A stretch of DNA of 64,000 bases from the human T2T-CHM13v2.0 reference genome, Homo sapiens, in the NCBI RefSeq assembly GCF_009914755.1, contig NC_060926.1; one strand, 5' to 3'. Shown piece by piece: positions 47,027 through 61,015 of this stretch (the stretch's first letter is position 1; the number at the start of each line of letters is the position of its first letter). The position numbers and the translations under genes were made by a program. The notes beneath the pieces are model-generated. The model worked only from the letters and a program-made list of their open reading frames with translations, ran no database searches and had not been told where the DNA came from.

Positions 47027-47962
47027 TGTAGTGGGAAAGTTAATCGTAGGAATTGGGTCATTCTTGTCATACCCAACAGAGCCAAGAAACCAGGAGGGAA
47101 AGACACTCAGGGTGCAAAATATTGTCTGAAGAATGTAATTGAAATAGGCCCTATTATCCCATGGAACTAATGTTTATGGTTTTTTGAAGGAACATAGAAA
47201 TTGACTCCTCCAGTCTTAAAAACTCAAGATAGTTATATTTTTCTTATCTGAGGAGTTCTTTTGTCAGGAAACCAACCATCAGGCCTCCAGATACTATCAA
47301 AAGGAGCTGAAACTTACATATCACTGAATCGGGACAGTGAGACATCAGACTCTTCACCCATTGTGATTGCCTAACTGACCTCCTGCTTCCTGTTGACCAA
47401 ATCATCTTCCTTACCCCTCCCTAATTCCTGTTTTCCCACATTTCTTCCCTGATATATATACCTCTCATTTTAGTAGTTCAGGGAGATACATTTGAGAATG
47501 GTGTCCCATCTCCTCGGCTGCAGCACCTGATTAAAGCCTGTTCCTTGGCAATACTTGTCTTAGTGATTGTTTTTCTGTGTGGTGAGCAGCAGGATCTACA
47601 CTGAATCCCTGGCATTTCAGTAACAAAATTCTCTGCAAGCTTCACTGCCTTTGGCTTATTGTAACCTGAAATCAAATTTATCCACAACTTCTGAGATAAC
47701 TTGATATAACTGTAGGATTCACTTTGTCCACCACTGCTTCCCAGTCTGAGCTTGCCAGCTCCCAACCCTTCCTAGTGCCCATGAACTTTCTCAAAGAGCC
47801 ATAGGTAACATGTTCCCTTTTTCGTAAAACTCTAACCTTCTCTTTGTTCTTCCAACATATTGAAGACCACTGAGTTTTCCTGTATGCCCCATTTGGCAAA
47901 TATTTCTTTGCACGTAAAACATTAAATTTAGAGATTCATCTCTACATTTTATTTAGACTTCA
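47027..47962 (+). mobile_element. Nested ERV1 LTRs (inner ~47140-47624 in an outer MER34-like LTR)
   Basis: Inner tgaaatagg...attaaa...cagtaaca; outer resumes aattctctgcaagc and ends attaaa...gacttca. Family names uncertain. Confidence 0.55.
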
Positions 47963-48291
47963 GTAGTTTAGACTCTAATTGTCTGTATTAAGACAATTCC
48001 TGCTTTGAATATCTATAGTGGCCTCTTCTCTGTTATATAAAGTCCAGCTGAAGCCATAAACTAGACTCTTCAGGTGTCATGATCTCTGTCTTTATTAAAT
48101 CAGGAGAGGCATTGCTAGATCTGTGCAGTTGGGGCTGAGAAAGAGAAAAGAATTAGGGTGCAGAGGTGACTCCATGTCCCCCTCTACCAACACCATCAGA
48201 GTGTGGCTGCATCTGAGGACCACTCTCAGCTGATAGAGGCATCAGGAGGAGCAGCTGGGGCAGCCCTGCCTCACACATCTGCTTCCCTGGG

Positions 48292-48645
<354 letters not shown>

Positions 48646-48742
48646 TCATACTATTGATCATATTATAGGAAGACTTCCCTGAATAACCAGGCAGTACTGA
48701 GCACACTGGGCTGAGTAAATTCCTAGTGTTCTCCTTCCTTAC

Positions 48743-48797
48743 CTGGGAGCCAGAGCAGCAGGAGCCCCAGGAGCTGAGCGGGGACCCTCATGTCCAT
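48743..48797 (-). CDS. IGKV1-5: IGKV1-5 leader exon
   Basis: MDMRVPAQLLGLLLLWLP, GT donor, 125-bp intron. Confidence 0.98.
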
Positions 48798-48843
48798 GCT
48801 GTGTCCTGACTGGGTCTGACTCCTGCACAAAGTGTGACCAGCC

Positions 48844-48926
48844 TATTAATAAGGCTTCAGGGCAGGAGGTTGTGCTCTGGGAACATGCAAATGAGCAGGG
48901 GATGGGGCAGGCTGGGCACAGCTGCA
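48844..48926 (-). promoter_or_regulatory. IGKV1-5 promoter: TATA-like 48844-48852, octamer 48885-48892, pentadecamer/E-box 48912-48926
   Basis: TTATTAATA, ATTTGCAT and TGCAGCTGTGCCCAG on minus strand in the canonical Vk order. Confidence 0.93.
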
Positions 48927-49659
48927 GAGCTGGCTCATCTCAGTAACTCAGCACCAGCTCAGTGTCCCCAGGTGTCCCAGGTAAGACCAGGGTAGCACAA
49001 ATTTGTCTGCAGAGAATGTGTTTCTACTGGGGACTATTTTATTATGAGAAACAATTTTTAGGTATTTTTTTGAGAATTTTAAATATTCCTCAGGAGCCGA
49101 TAGAGTAATGTATTTCATTGGTGTATCAGGATTATTTAGGAGAATATTCTTGTTTGTAGGAAACACATAGTAAAATGTTAGATGGTAGGATTCTCAAGTC
49201 TTCAAAAGACTCTCATAAGATTCCGGGTAGGGAAGGGGGTAATTGTGCTATACCTGCAACATTTCTGTGAGTTTAACATTGTTCCTTTCTAAAAAAAATT
49301 AAAAATAAAATGTATCGGCATGATGCTATATATTTGTAAGTATTAGGTAATGGTGTTATGCCTTTGTTCTTACTAGTATTAGATCAAGCAATTTATTACA
49401 GATATACAAAGATGATACCGTGTTGTCTCCATGCATGCAGCACTCACAGATCCACCACTATCAAGAACTGCAGGTCTCTTTAATACCCAGAGACTAAATG
49501 AGGTGCACCTTATTCTTGTTTTGGGTACCTTCATAGTCTACCTTCTTTTCTGCCATTGGGTATTATTTCCCAAAGTTCATCTGTCTTAGTGAGGGTGGCC
49601 ACTGCACGGAGCATGTCCCTGCCATGCACCATCAATGACACTTTCTTCTTATACTTTTT

Positions 49660-49980
49660 ATCAGTGCATGGGGACATCATCCTGACCCAGACACCAGCCT
49701 CCCTGTTAACACCTTTAGGAAAAACATACTCAATCTCTTATCAAGCAATTGTCTATGTACATGGAGAAATCAGTTGGATCCAGATGAAACTGGACATGGA
49801 TTTGCATTCATTATATCTCATATCTCTAATGTACCCTGAACGTCCCAGCCTGACTCAGTAGCAGGGGAAGTGGATGTAACCACATCAGCATCAGTGGGCT
49901 GCAGCCTCGGGCTCCACAAAATTTTACTGATGCCTGACTAGGGGAGCAAAATCACAGTGCTGCAGCCCATGCACAAACAT
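49660..49980 (+). pseudogene. Inverted, divergent Vk relic with degenerate RSS
   Basis: HG-DIILTQTPASLLTPLGKTYSISYQA...ISWIQMK; after a frameshift VPA*LSSRGSG..ISISGLQP..FY*; CACAGTG 49953-49959, 11 nt, GCACAAACA. Confidence 0.82.
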
Positions 49981-50601
49981 TTCTGCTGCTTTGTAAGCAG
50001 CCTGAATTTTAAGGGAACTTGCTTATATTGGAAGAAAGGAAGAAAGTTCCATTTGTCCTCTAAATGTTTGCTGAAAATGAACCGACAAAAGAATAATGAA
50101 TAAGAGAAAAGGCAAACAAAATTCACTTAGAGTGCGGTGGGATATCATAGTGGGGTGATTACCCAGATAACTCAATGAGATCCAGTTGTTCATATTTCCT
50201 TTCTAGGGAAGAGGGAATTGGGAAGTGTAGGCAACCTGGAGAGAATAGATGAAAAAAGAAATGCATCCTCAAAAGAACAGGCAATAGCCTGCCTGGATAA
50301 AGCATCAACTTGCAGTCTCTTCTATTTTTGATTCATGTTTTGTGTTAATCTTCCCTGATATAAAATTTCCCAGGAAGAATTTCCTTGACAATTGTTTTTC
50401 TTCTGGAGAATTTGCTTTTAGGCAGATAAGGGATATTTAGGAAAAGACTTCTTGTGCATTTGCTGCTTTCTAAATGCCTTTGGCTTTACATAATCATCAT
50501 ACCAATGCAGCATAGTTTGAGATGTTATTTTCTGGATTCCTTTACTTGCAGCCACCTGCCAAGATCCTGTTTCAGAGAGATGCAGCTGCAGATTGAGTGA
50601 G

Positions 50602-50942
50602 CAGTTGACCCCTGAACAACATGGAGGTTGGGGCACTGACCACAGGTGCAGATGAAAACCTGTGTAGAAGTTTTGCATTTCTAACTTAAGTACTAATAGC
50701 TTACTTTTGACTGGAAGCCTTAGTGATAAAATAAATAGTTGATTACACTTTTTTACATTTTATATATATTTTATACTCTATTCTTCCAATAAAGTATGGT
50801 AAAGAAAAAAATGTTCTTAAGAAAACCATAAAAATGAGAAAATATATTTACTACTGATTAAGTACTTGCTTTCAGGTGACACAGAAGAAAATATAAGTGT
50901 ATCTGCAAACTTCAAACCCAAGTTATTCAAGGGTTAACTGTA
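50602..50942. mobile_element. Tigger2-derived MITE (MER8-like)
   Basis: Inverted termini cagttgacccctgaacaac / gttattcaagggttaactg. Confidence 0.8.
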
Positions 50943-51114
50943 CCATGATGAATGTAGCAGTCCCCATCTGTAGTCTAGGGCTTTCTCCTTTGCTGTACCT
51001 CTGCTCACTTCCAATGGCCATATATATGTCTTATGTTCTTTATGATCTTGGGCAGAGAGGTCTGCCTACATGCATTGCTGGCCAGATGTCCTGGAATGTG
51101 TATCTCTGAGGAAA

Positions 51115-51505
51115 GTGCTATGGTTTGACTGTGTCCTCCAAAATCCATCTGTTGTAAAGTTCATTCTCAGTGAAATGGTTTTTGCCAGGTGGGCCCTATT
51201 GGGATGTGTTTAGGTCATGAGGGTGGAGCCCTCTAGTGGAATACATTAATGCCAGTATAAACAGGGTTTATAGGGCTGGAATCTTTCTCTCTCTTCTGCT
51301 GGTCTGTCCTGATAAGACATGGCCTTCCTTCCATTGAAGGACTCAATGCCCCAGGCATCGTCTTGAAAGCAGAGAAAGCTGACCTTAACCTGCCCATGCC
51401 TTGATCTCAAACTTTCCGTACTCCAGAAGTGTGAGAAAATATATTTCTGTTTTTTATGAATTACACAGCGACAAGGAACCTGTTATAGCAGCTTGAAAGA
51501 GAACA
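51115..51505 (+). mobile_element. MaLR LTR (MST/MLT1A-like)
   Basis: tgctatggtttg...taggtcatgagggtggagccct...gccttgatct...tgttatagcagc. Confidence 0.75.
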
Positions 51506-51920
51506 GGAGAGACAGCTCACAATCAGTGAGGATAAGATGAGGTATATACATATCCCAGCTTTCTCATCTCTCAGGTGGAATAGCCCAGAGGAATTTAGTC
51601 CATGTTTCCACATGTGGTTGATCTTCAGTTATCCTGAGTCAGGTGGGTGGTTGATGTGTCTTTTACCATTCATCTTCTGCTCCTGCCTCACTTTCTTCCT
51701 TTCCTCCCAGTGTAAATTTGCTGCCTAAACAGGAATACTCATTGCTGGTGGACCCAAAATAAGACAGAAAAAAAAAATCATTGTACTTTTGTATGAGGGA
51801 TATTTCTCATCTGAATTCTTATCACTTCTCTTTCTTTGACATCTAGGAATATTCAGAAAACACTTTTTTTTAACCAATCTATTTTAGATTGAATTTATTG
51901 ATTTTTTTTCCTGTGTGTTT

Positions 51921-53098
<1,178 letters not shown>

Positions 53099-53518
53099 CT
53101 GGGTCACAAAATTTAAAAATCCTCTAAAACTATCTACACATCCATAAATCTACATTAGAGGCAGTGGAGTGAGCACACTCCAACAGTCAAAACTCACAAG
53201 TTAGAGGAACCTGAGTCTAAGATTTTGTCCAGCTCTCTTGCTTCATAAAAATAATTTGTGATTTTTTTAAATTTTACTCTAGAGAAGGACAATTTTGGGG
53301 AATATGTTTATGGTCAGTGGAATGAATAATGTCCCCACCCCAAAAGATGTCCATATCCTCGTCTCTGGAACCCATGTTATACGAGTTATTAAGAAACTAT
53401 TTTAGGCATATAGAGAGGAAACAGGGTCCTTGGGAAGGTTTTGTTTCTTTTAAAGCAGCTCCAGAAATGTTTCTTGTTTAGCAGGAAAGCCCTGGCTCTT
53501 AGAGCTGGTCCGGCAAGC

Positions 53519-53788
53519 TTTTTTTTCTTTTTTAGAGAGGGAGTCTCGCTCTGTAGCCCAGGCTGGAGTGCAGTGGCACGATCTCGGCTCACTGCAAGCT
53601 CCGCCCTCTGGTTTCCTCATGCCTCAGCCTCCCAAGTAGCTGGGACTACAGGCGCCCGCCACCACGGCCGGCTAATTTTTTGTATTTTTCAGTAGAGACG
53701 GGGTTTCACTGTGTTAGCCAGGATGGTCTCGATCTCCTCACCTCCTGATCTGCCCGCCTCGGCCTCCCAAAGTGCTGGGATTACAGGC
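53519..53788 (-). mobile_element. AluY, slightly truncated, TSD GGCAAGCTTT
   Basis: CpG-rich antisense Alu; ggcaagcttt on both flanks. Confidence 0.93.
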
Positions 53789-53864
53789 GGCAAGCTTTGA
53801 TATACAAATACTGGCCATTAGAAACTGGGTCCAGCCAAACATGGAGATTCCCACATTCTTCTTC

Positions 53865-54163
53865 TTTTTTTTTTTTTTTTTTTGAGATGGAGTCTCGCTC
53901 TGTCGCCCAGGCTGGAGTGCAGTGGAACGATCTCGGCTGACTGCAACCTCTGCCTCCTGGGTTCAAGCGATTCTTCTGCCTCAGTCTCCTGAGTAGCTGG
54001 GATTACAGGCACATGCCACCACGCCCAGCTACTTTTTGTGTTTTTAGTAGAGACGGGGTTTCACCATATTGGCCAGGATGGTCTCCATCTCTTGACCTCA
54101 TGATCCACCTTCCTTGGCCTCCCAAAGTGCTGAGATTACAGGTGTGAGCCACGGCGTCCAGCT
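53865..54163 (-). mobile_element. AluS
   Basis: Poly-T plus antisense Alu dimer. Confidence 0.93.
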
Positions 54164-57100
54164 CCCACGGTCTTCTTCCTTGCCCCGACATTTGCCTGAC
54201 AACATGGCTGCCCCCACATATCCCCATGTGTGTAGAACTTTATGGCACCCTGCATTTGCATATTAAAACACTAGGGTGGGAGGGCCAGTTTTTTCTCAAG
54301 CTACATGAATGACATGCTTGGTAAAACCAATCCCCTAAGCCCTATGCAAATCAGACACCACCTCCTTCAGCCTCCTCATATAAGCAGCCACTTTTCCACC
54401 GCACATGGAGTTTTCTCTTAGTTCTAATCTCCCCTCTCTCTGTCTCTGTACGGTGGAGCTGTTTTCTTCTTCCTTCCTTCTTGCGTATTAAACTTTTCGC
54501 TCCTTAAAACAACCCCACGCATGTCCGTTTCTTTTTAAACAAACCCGCGTGAGACTAAGAACGGTGGTGGTCCTCCAGTCATCAGAGCCCTATCATAAGG
54601 ATTCTACCTTACATAGCAAAAGAAGAACTTGACAGGTGTAAGTTAACGACTTTGAGAATAAGCAACCTGGTTATCCAGATGAAACCAATATAATCACAAA
54701 GGTCATTAAAATAGAGGAGGAGGCTTGCAGAGAGGAGCTGGGACAATATGGAAGGATGTGGTTTGAGGAGGGAAGGGGCCATAGAGCCAGAAATGTGGGA
54801 GCACCTGGAAGATAAAAGCAGAGGATTCAGTTCTTTCCTCTGGAGCCTCCAGAAGGAATGCAGCCCTACTGACACCTTAACATTAGCTCAGTGAGAATGC
54901 TGACCTCCAGAACTACAGGGTAATACATTTATGTTGTGTGAAGCCAATAAGACTGTGGCGATTTAAACAGCAGCATTGGAAACTAATGCAAGGGGAAGAA
55001 ATGTCTTTCAGCTCACTGAGCGCGTGCTTGTCTTCTGTTCTTGGAAATATTTCCACCTTGTTTTCTGGTGTCAGTTATGACAAGAGACAGAGAAAATTTT
55101 TCCGAGAGAAGAGCTACCACGAGAATTCGTTTTTAGCTAGAAAATCTCCTGGGTAAAATCTCATGATTATCTGTTATACGATCTGGGTATCACAGAGTTT
55201 GGGGTCAGATCTCACAACATGTGATAGGAGGAAGAGGGTTTTGTTAGTTTGTTTTCATATTGCGAGGGAAAATTAGATTTTCAGGACACAATCTGAGAAG
55301 GACAGACAGAGTCAGAGATATTGTAAGAGAAAGAGGAGATGTGGAAGGAGTCAGGGCAATGAAACACGTGTCCCAGCTCCCAAATCTAAAATAAAGTCAT
55401 TGATTTTACAAGGTGAAGAAAAGCTCTTCACCTTCCATCTTCTTAGGAAGGATCAAATTCTTCCCAGAGTCCCTGCCCCTCCTTCACCCCCCTGACATTG
55501 CATTGTGGAGCTAATCACATGTGCCCTTAATCCCTGCTCCTGTCCCAGGCTGGGAGAGGCTCACTGTCCTCACCATGCCCAGCAGGCTAGAGCTGGTGCC
55601 CTAAGCACCAAAGGAGAAGAGGATGATTTCTGTGCAGGCAATAAGAGCTTTACCGCATTTTACATTTCCCTAAAATTCTAAGCAAAGTTCTGTGGAGAGA
55701 AGAGAACATGGGGCAACTTTATCTGGTGGGGCTGGAAGAGACCAGGCTCTGAGAATGACAATTAATTCACATTTCTACTTTTCCAGATGCCAAATGCTAG
55801 CTTTATCAATTGTGGAAATGTGGACTTTGAGTTTAAGAACAGGTTTCAGGTACTGCAATAATTGAGGAGACATTTGGAATAGAGTCCTTAGTCTAGGGCT
55901 AAAGTCAGACTGGCAGTGCCTGAGAGCTTCCAGGCGCTGGCCCTGGGCTGTGAGGGAAGCAGCAGTTCTCCTGAGCCACAGGGCTGAGGACCTGGGAGCA
56001 ACCACAGGCCTTGGCCACAGGGCTGCCTGGCAGGGGCTTGAGGGAAGGAAACTGCTCACAAATTCACAGGAGCTGCATTAAGCATATATCCCGCAGCCTG
56101 GCAAGAGTGAAAGTCTCAGAGACCCAGACCTTAGGGCTGGGGCTGGGATTCTGGGCTGGCTGCTGTCGGCTCTGCCCTCCCTTGTCCTGAATGACTGGCA
56201 CCCTGCTGGAGCCAAAAATGGAGGGTCGGCCAATGTCCTCAAAGTCTTTACTCAGCCAGACCCTGTTCTGCTTGGAAAGAAAATGAACACATGGTATACA
56301 AATAAACATAAAATCATGTGTATCTGTAATAAGAATTTCTAATATAAATTTTACATATTGAATACATATATTTTAGAAATAAGTTGTACTTATACATTTG
56401 CCTATACTATGTGTCTATTTATGGATAAATATGTGGTACATGTTTATATATAAAGATATATAACTTTGGTTGCTAGTATAAGGTATAGTTTTAAACTTTA
56501 ATAAAGTAAACACGAACATTGAAAATGAGCACTGGGTGCACCACTTCATGGCCCTCCTCACTCCAGGGCCTAAGGGTGATAAAGCTCAGGACCCTCTTCC
56601 ATGTCCCCCGGCATGGACAGCAGTGAACTACCCATTGCTGAGGATCATGAGTGACCTGAGGGGGATCTGCAGAATCACAGAGCAGCAGATGCCCAGAAGA
56701 TTGATAGTTTGGACCCTGAATGGAGGGACATTTTGATCACAGGGCTCAGCATAGACAAGTACTCTTCTGGTCATTTCTGTCAAACAAAACAGCACATGTA
56801 GCTCAGAGGCTGCATGATCACAGGATGAAGCACCTCCATGAGTCATTGCCAGCTTCCCCTCTGACTGGGGTGATGTGGGATCTCTCTGCCCCACTTTCAT
56901 GGCTCACCAGCTGCTGGGACTCTGTTGACAGTGGTCTACATCTGTCCCACGCACAAACTTCTCAATAGTTGTCATTTTACTTACTGGTCTCCAATAACCA
57001 CAAATTGCCAGCCATGACCCTTCCACAAAAATTGATGGAGTGGGGTTGGAACTATGGGTTCAGCAATGTGCCAGGGCATGTATATAAGAGAAACAAGGTG

Positions 57101-57399
57101 TGGCCAGCCCATGTCTGAAGTGAGGATGAATTTTCACCATGAATTCGGAGTAGGAGGTGGAAGAAAACATCCTGACATGCTCCAGGCAGTGATGCCCACA
57201 AGATACACTAGAAGCGCCCACAGAGGAGGTGGGAAGGGGGTGTGAGAAAAAGAGGGAGTGTGAATTTACAGGTGTCTCCAGACTGTTCACCTGAAAAGAG
57301 ATCAGACCCTTAACAACACCTGGGACCCCAGGCAGAGCTGTTGCTATGGAAGATTTGTGCAGGACAGGGATAGGAGGAGGGAGCACCTACCTGTGATGG

Positions 57400-57858
57400 C
57401 ATCTTGGTTGCTGTTGGCCAGAATGACATCTTTTCAGGCCTACTGTCCCTGACCCAGGCAGGGATCATGTCCAGGAGGGCAGCAGGAGCTCAGAGCCAGG
57501 CCCTGGTTCTGCTAGTGCCAGGCTAGGATGTTCTTCATACTCTGGCCAGCTCTACAGGTGACAGTGACCCTCTCCCCTGAGACACAAGGAGGAGGACAAC
57601 GATGGCATCCACATAACATGCTCACTGTCATCCAAGTGGGGGAACAAACATGCAGATCCCCAAATATTAATACCGAGTTTGTAGTTCCTCCAACTTGGTG
57701 CAATTCTGATCAGAAGGAAAAACAGGCTAACAACTTCATCAGCAGGGAAAGTTCATGTTTAATACAAACTATCTGAGGCTGAAGCCTGAGTTTCCCTTCC
57801 TCACCAGGCAGTCAGGACAGCAGGAGCAAAAGGAGAAAAGCTGGGTCCCAAAGTCCAC
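57400..57858 (-). pseudogene. Vk relic (Vk3-like leader 57805-57858; V fragment ~57400-57635; no RSS seen)
   Basis: VSGERVTVTCRAGQSMKNILAWH*QN; IPAWVRDSRPEKDVILANSN resembling FR3; leader-like gtggactttgggacccagctt...ctgcctg/gtgag. Confidence 0.78.
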
Positions 57859-57905
57859 AAGGTGCCTCCTGAGACTGATCCTGCTTAGAGAAGGTGGTGA
57901 CAGTG

Positions 57906-58373
57906 GATGAGTCTTCTGGGACTCCCACACCAACATACCCTGAGCTGGATGGCTTGAGCCATAGACATTTATTGCTAATTTATTAAACGTTTATTGTGAA
58001 TGTATTAGAACCCTGGAAAGTTCAAGATCAAAGTCCAGAAGGATTTGCTTTCTGGTGAGAACCCTGCTTCTTGTTTTCAGATGTCACCCCTGGATACATC
58101 CTCACGTGTGTTCAGCAATGTGCCGGGCATGTGTAAGTAGGAGAAGCAAGTACATGCTTTCTTCAGTGCATGCTTGGAGGCTGGTGAGGGGTTAAGGAAC
58201 AGATCGATGATGTTTATTTTTACTAGGACACAAATCCTATTAAATCAGAGCCCCAAGGTTTTCACTTCATTTCACCCTAATTACCCCTTCATAACCTCTA
58301 TGTCTAAATACAGTAATTTTGCAGGTTGGAGATTCAAAATATGAATTTGTGAAACACAATTCAGTTCATAGCA
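57906..58373 (-). mobile_element. MaLR LTR (MLT1A/B-like)
   Basis: ctggatggctt..acatttatt..ggaaagttcaagatcaa..tctggtgagaaccc..atgaatttgtgaaacacaattcagttcatagca. Confidence 0.7.
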
Positions 58374-59089
58374 GGTGTGCTTTGAGGACATGCCCAAGGC
58401 AGTAGGAAGGGCAAGGCGAGGCTTCCAGTCTCAGAGCACAGAAGGCGTTTTCCCACCACTCAGCACACTGGCAGCTCCTCTTAGGTGATCCAGGTCACAC
58501 ATGAGACGCCATTCCCGCCTTGGGGGCTGCCTGCTGATAATGGAACAATATCACCCTTAATTTTCACTATTTCTAAGATCAGACTTCTATTTTATGTTTA
58601 TTATGGAGTTTGTCCAATGGCCAGGTTTGTAACATAACCTCCAATGTTTGGTTTGTGACATAACATCTTATAGAATTTTAGATGCTGGTTTCCAGTGAGA
58701 CTTGATGGAGTTTTTTCATGGGTTTTCATGGAGTTGATCTTATTACATCCACCATTATGCTGCATTCTGTAGGGAACACAAAATGATTCCTCTCCTCAAT
58801 AAACCAGTCACCTAGTTGAAGATAAAGGGTGTTCAGAAAAGATGGTCACAAAACAATTAGGGGCTAGATTCTGTGATCCATGTGAGATGCCAATGATGTG
58901 ATTCTGGAAAGCAGAAGGTGAGGTTGTGAGATACCCTGCAGCACATAATGCCCAAGGCTAGGGTGGCGAGTAGAGGGCCCCTGGTCTGGATCTGTCTACC
59001 CAGCTTCATTCCTCCCATTCGTGAAACAGTGGCTGCACCAGCCAGGAAGCATCTGAGACCACCTGATTCTCTGGAATAATAGCTGCTGA

Positions 59090-59117
59090 GGTTTGTGCTG
59101 TGAGCTATAACACTGTG
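59090..59117 (-). other. Near-consensus 12-RSS of a Vk relic
   Basis: CACAGTG (59117-59111), TTATAGCTCACA (12 nt), GCACAAACC (59098-59090). Confidence 0.88.
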
Positions 59118-59777
59118 AGTCTCTAACTGTAACCATTTAGATTAGCACTAATGAAAATAATTTTTAAGATGGTGAAAATGTCTATATCTATGCTTTGCAA
59201 GTGTAGCCGTTATATGTCATATGTGACTCCTGAACACTTGAAATGTAGTGAAAACAACTAAGGAACTATATTGTTAATTTTAATTAATTCCAATATACAT
59301 GTTTGTGGCTGGGTACTGCTAATGTTGGCCATGTGAGTCAGGGAAGTTTTAGATGGTAATAAACAGCAATGTCATCAGGACAACCAATCTGCTAAATGTT
59401 AAGCAAAGATGATCCCAGGACCATTGCACCAAGCTGGAGTGGACAAGGTGGAAAGAGCACGTAGGTGGATCTTTGGAACCCAGATTCTGCTTCCTCCAGG
59501 TGAATGATGTAAACTCTCTGTCTTGAAGACACTGACATTGAAGCTAGCGACTGGGGAGCTGAGTGTTTCTCCTGGAAGCTGCAGTGGAAACAGAACATAG
59601 ATCTTCCTTAGTATTACTCATGTCCCTCTCCATAGGCTTCCCAGCAGAGAGGTGCTGTCTGATCAAGTGGGAGGTGAATGCTGTGCTCCCTAATCAATAG
59701 TCTTTCTCAGTCCCATGGGACATATGAACCCTGTCACATGCAGCCCACGCAGTTGAAGCCAGAGCCCCATGTCCAGT
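59118..59777 (-). pseudogene. Vk relic (Vk1-like leader ~59738-59777; V exon 59118-59578) with MER3-like insert in CDR3
   Basis: DMGLWLQLRGL leader-like; intron resembling the IGKV1-5 intron ending tttccactgcag; PQSLASMSVSSRQRVYII; PDDIAVYYHL|NGYS*R then RSS. Confidence 0.8.
59143..59346. mobile_element. MER3-like hAT MITE with 8-bp TSD
   Basis: gatggtgaaaatgtctatatct..gaacacttgaaatgt..actaaggaact; ATTTAGAT 59135-59142 / TTTTAGAT 59347-59354. Confidence 0.72.
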
Positions 59778-61015
59778 GTCCAGTGTTGCCTCTGCCTTCG
59801 GTGATCCCACCCTACAGGACCCAGTGATGAAGGCTTGAGTGGCAGGGAAGAGCTTTGGGGAGCCTGCCAACTAGCAATAAGGGTGCAGACTTGGGCTTCC
59901 AGCTTCTGAGCAAGGGAACATTGTATGTCCTAGGTGTGATCCAGGTCAAGGTGTTTGATAAAAGATATTACAATAAATTATTTTCTTAAGAAAATAAAAA
60001 CACAGAAGGCATCTGATTATTATAGGACTGTTTGGGTTTTATACCACTAAAGTGGTAAAAATAAATTTTTCAATGCGCAGTGGTTTATCAGGAATCTCCC
60101 AGCCCCTGCCCTTCCCGTGATGATTCTGTAGTCTTTGCAGGTTGTATGGTCACTTGGTGGCCTCCTTACCGATCAGATGCATCTACAGCACAACCCTAAG
60201 ATCTTCCCCGATTAACATAGATGAGCAACTTCAACCTCCAGATACCACATACCATTGGCTGATTTTTATGCAATTTATCAACACTGAAAGTATTCTATTC
60301 CATTTCATTATGTAGTTATTATTCTGTGCATGGCTCATTCCCCTACTGAGTATCAGTATTTGCGATCAAAAATTGTTTTATTTACTTACATGCACTAAAC
60401 CTTAAATGATAGCATTTATTAGTTCTGAAAACTCTGACATTAAGTTAAAATCCCTTAAAAGCAACTATATGCTTCTTTTTTTAATTAGAATAAATATGGT
60501 GCAATCACCTCAACTAAGGATACTAAACTACTTTTACAGTTGAAAATGATTAATTGGACATGGGGAAACATATTGACAAAAGTAACAAGCATTATTATGA
60601 TGTTGAATAAACACAGTTTGCATGTAAAGTGTACAGTTATGATTAATTGTATTAAAACACAGGAGGAAGAAAGGTGGGGATTGCTGGATTGGTTGGTGAT
60701 TCAGTCCTTAGAAGCAAGGGGGAGCTGATGAGTGATCTCAGGCAGGCATCCAATATAAGGTCCAAATATGATTAATTACAATGTTCTTTTCCTTAAGGTT
60801 TGATATTTTAAGCTGGTCCTGCTGGGGAAGTTTTGAGCACATTCATGGAATATGTGGAATAAAGATTAAAAACAGTATATTTCAAAATACTCTTAAAAAG
60901 CTCAGAAACACCCAAAGAAAACTATTTTATAAAATATCATGCCTTCCTCGCCCATTCTTGATATTTGTGTTTAACCAAGCATGACTCACAATTCAACTTT
61001 TCTCCACATTGTTGC

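Larger units (their letters stand above)
53315..54990 (+). mobile_element. MLT1D-like LTR split by an ERV1 LTR (~53376-54596) that carries two Alus
   Basis: aataatgtccccacccaaaagatgtcc at left; tggagcctccagaaggaatgcagccct...ggaaactaatgca at right. Confidence 0.65.

Noticed and set aside
55236-55300. Nonamer-like ACAAAACCC with a degenerate heptamer on minus strand
   Set aside because: Heptamer lacks CAC and there is no recognisable V frame.
55900-56960. Possible extra V relic fragments (ETFTL-like piece ~56100; GACAGTG...GCACAAACT ~56927-56959)
   Set aside because: Spacer is 17 nt and motifs are not collinear; cannot be supported by eye, though an HMM scan could revisit it.
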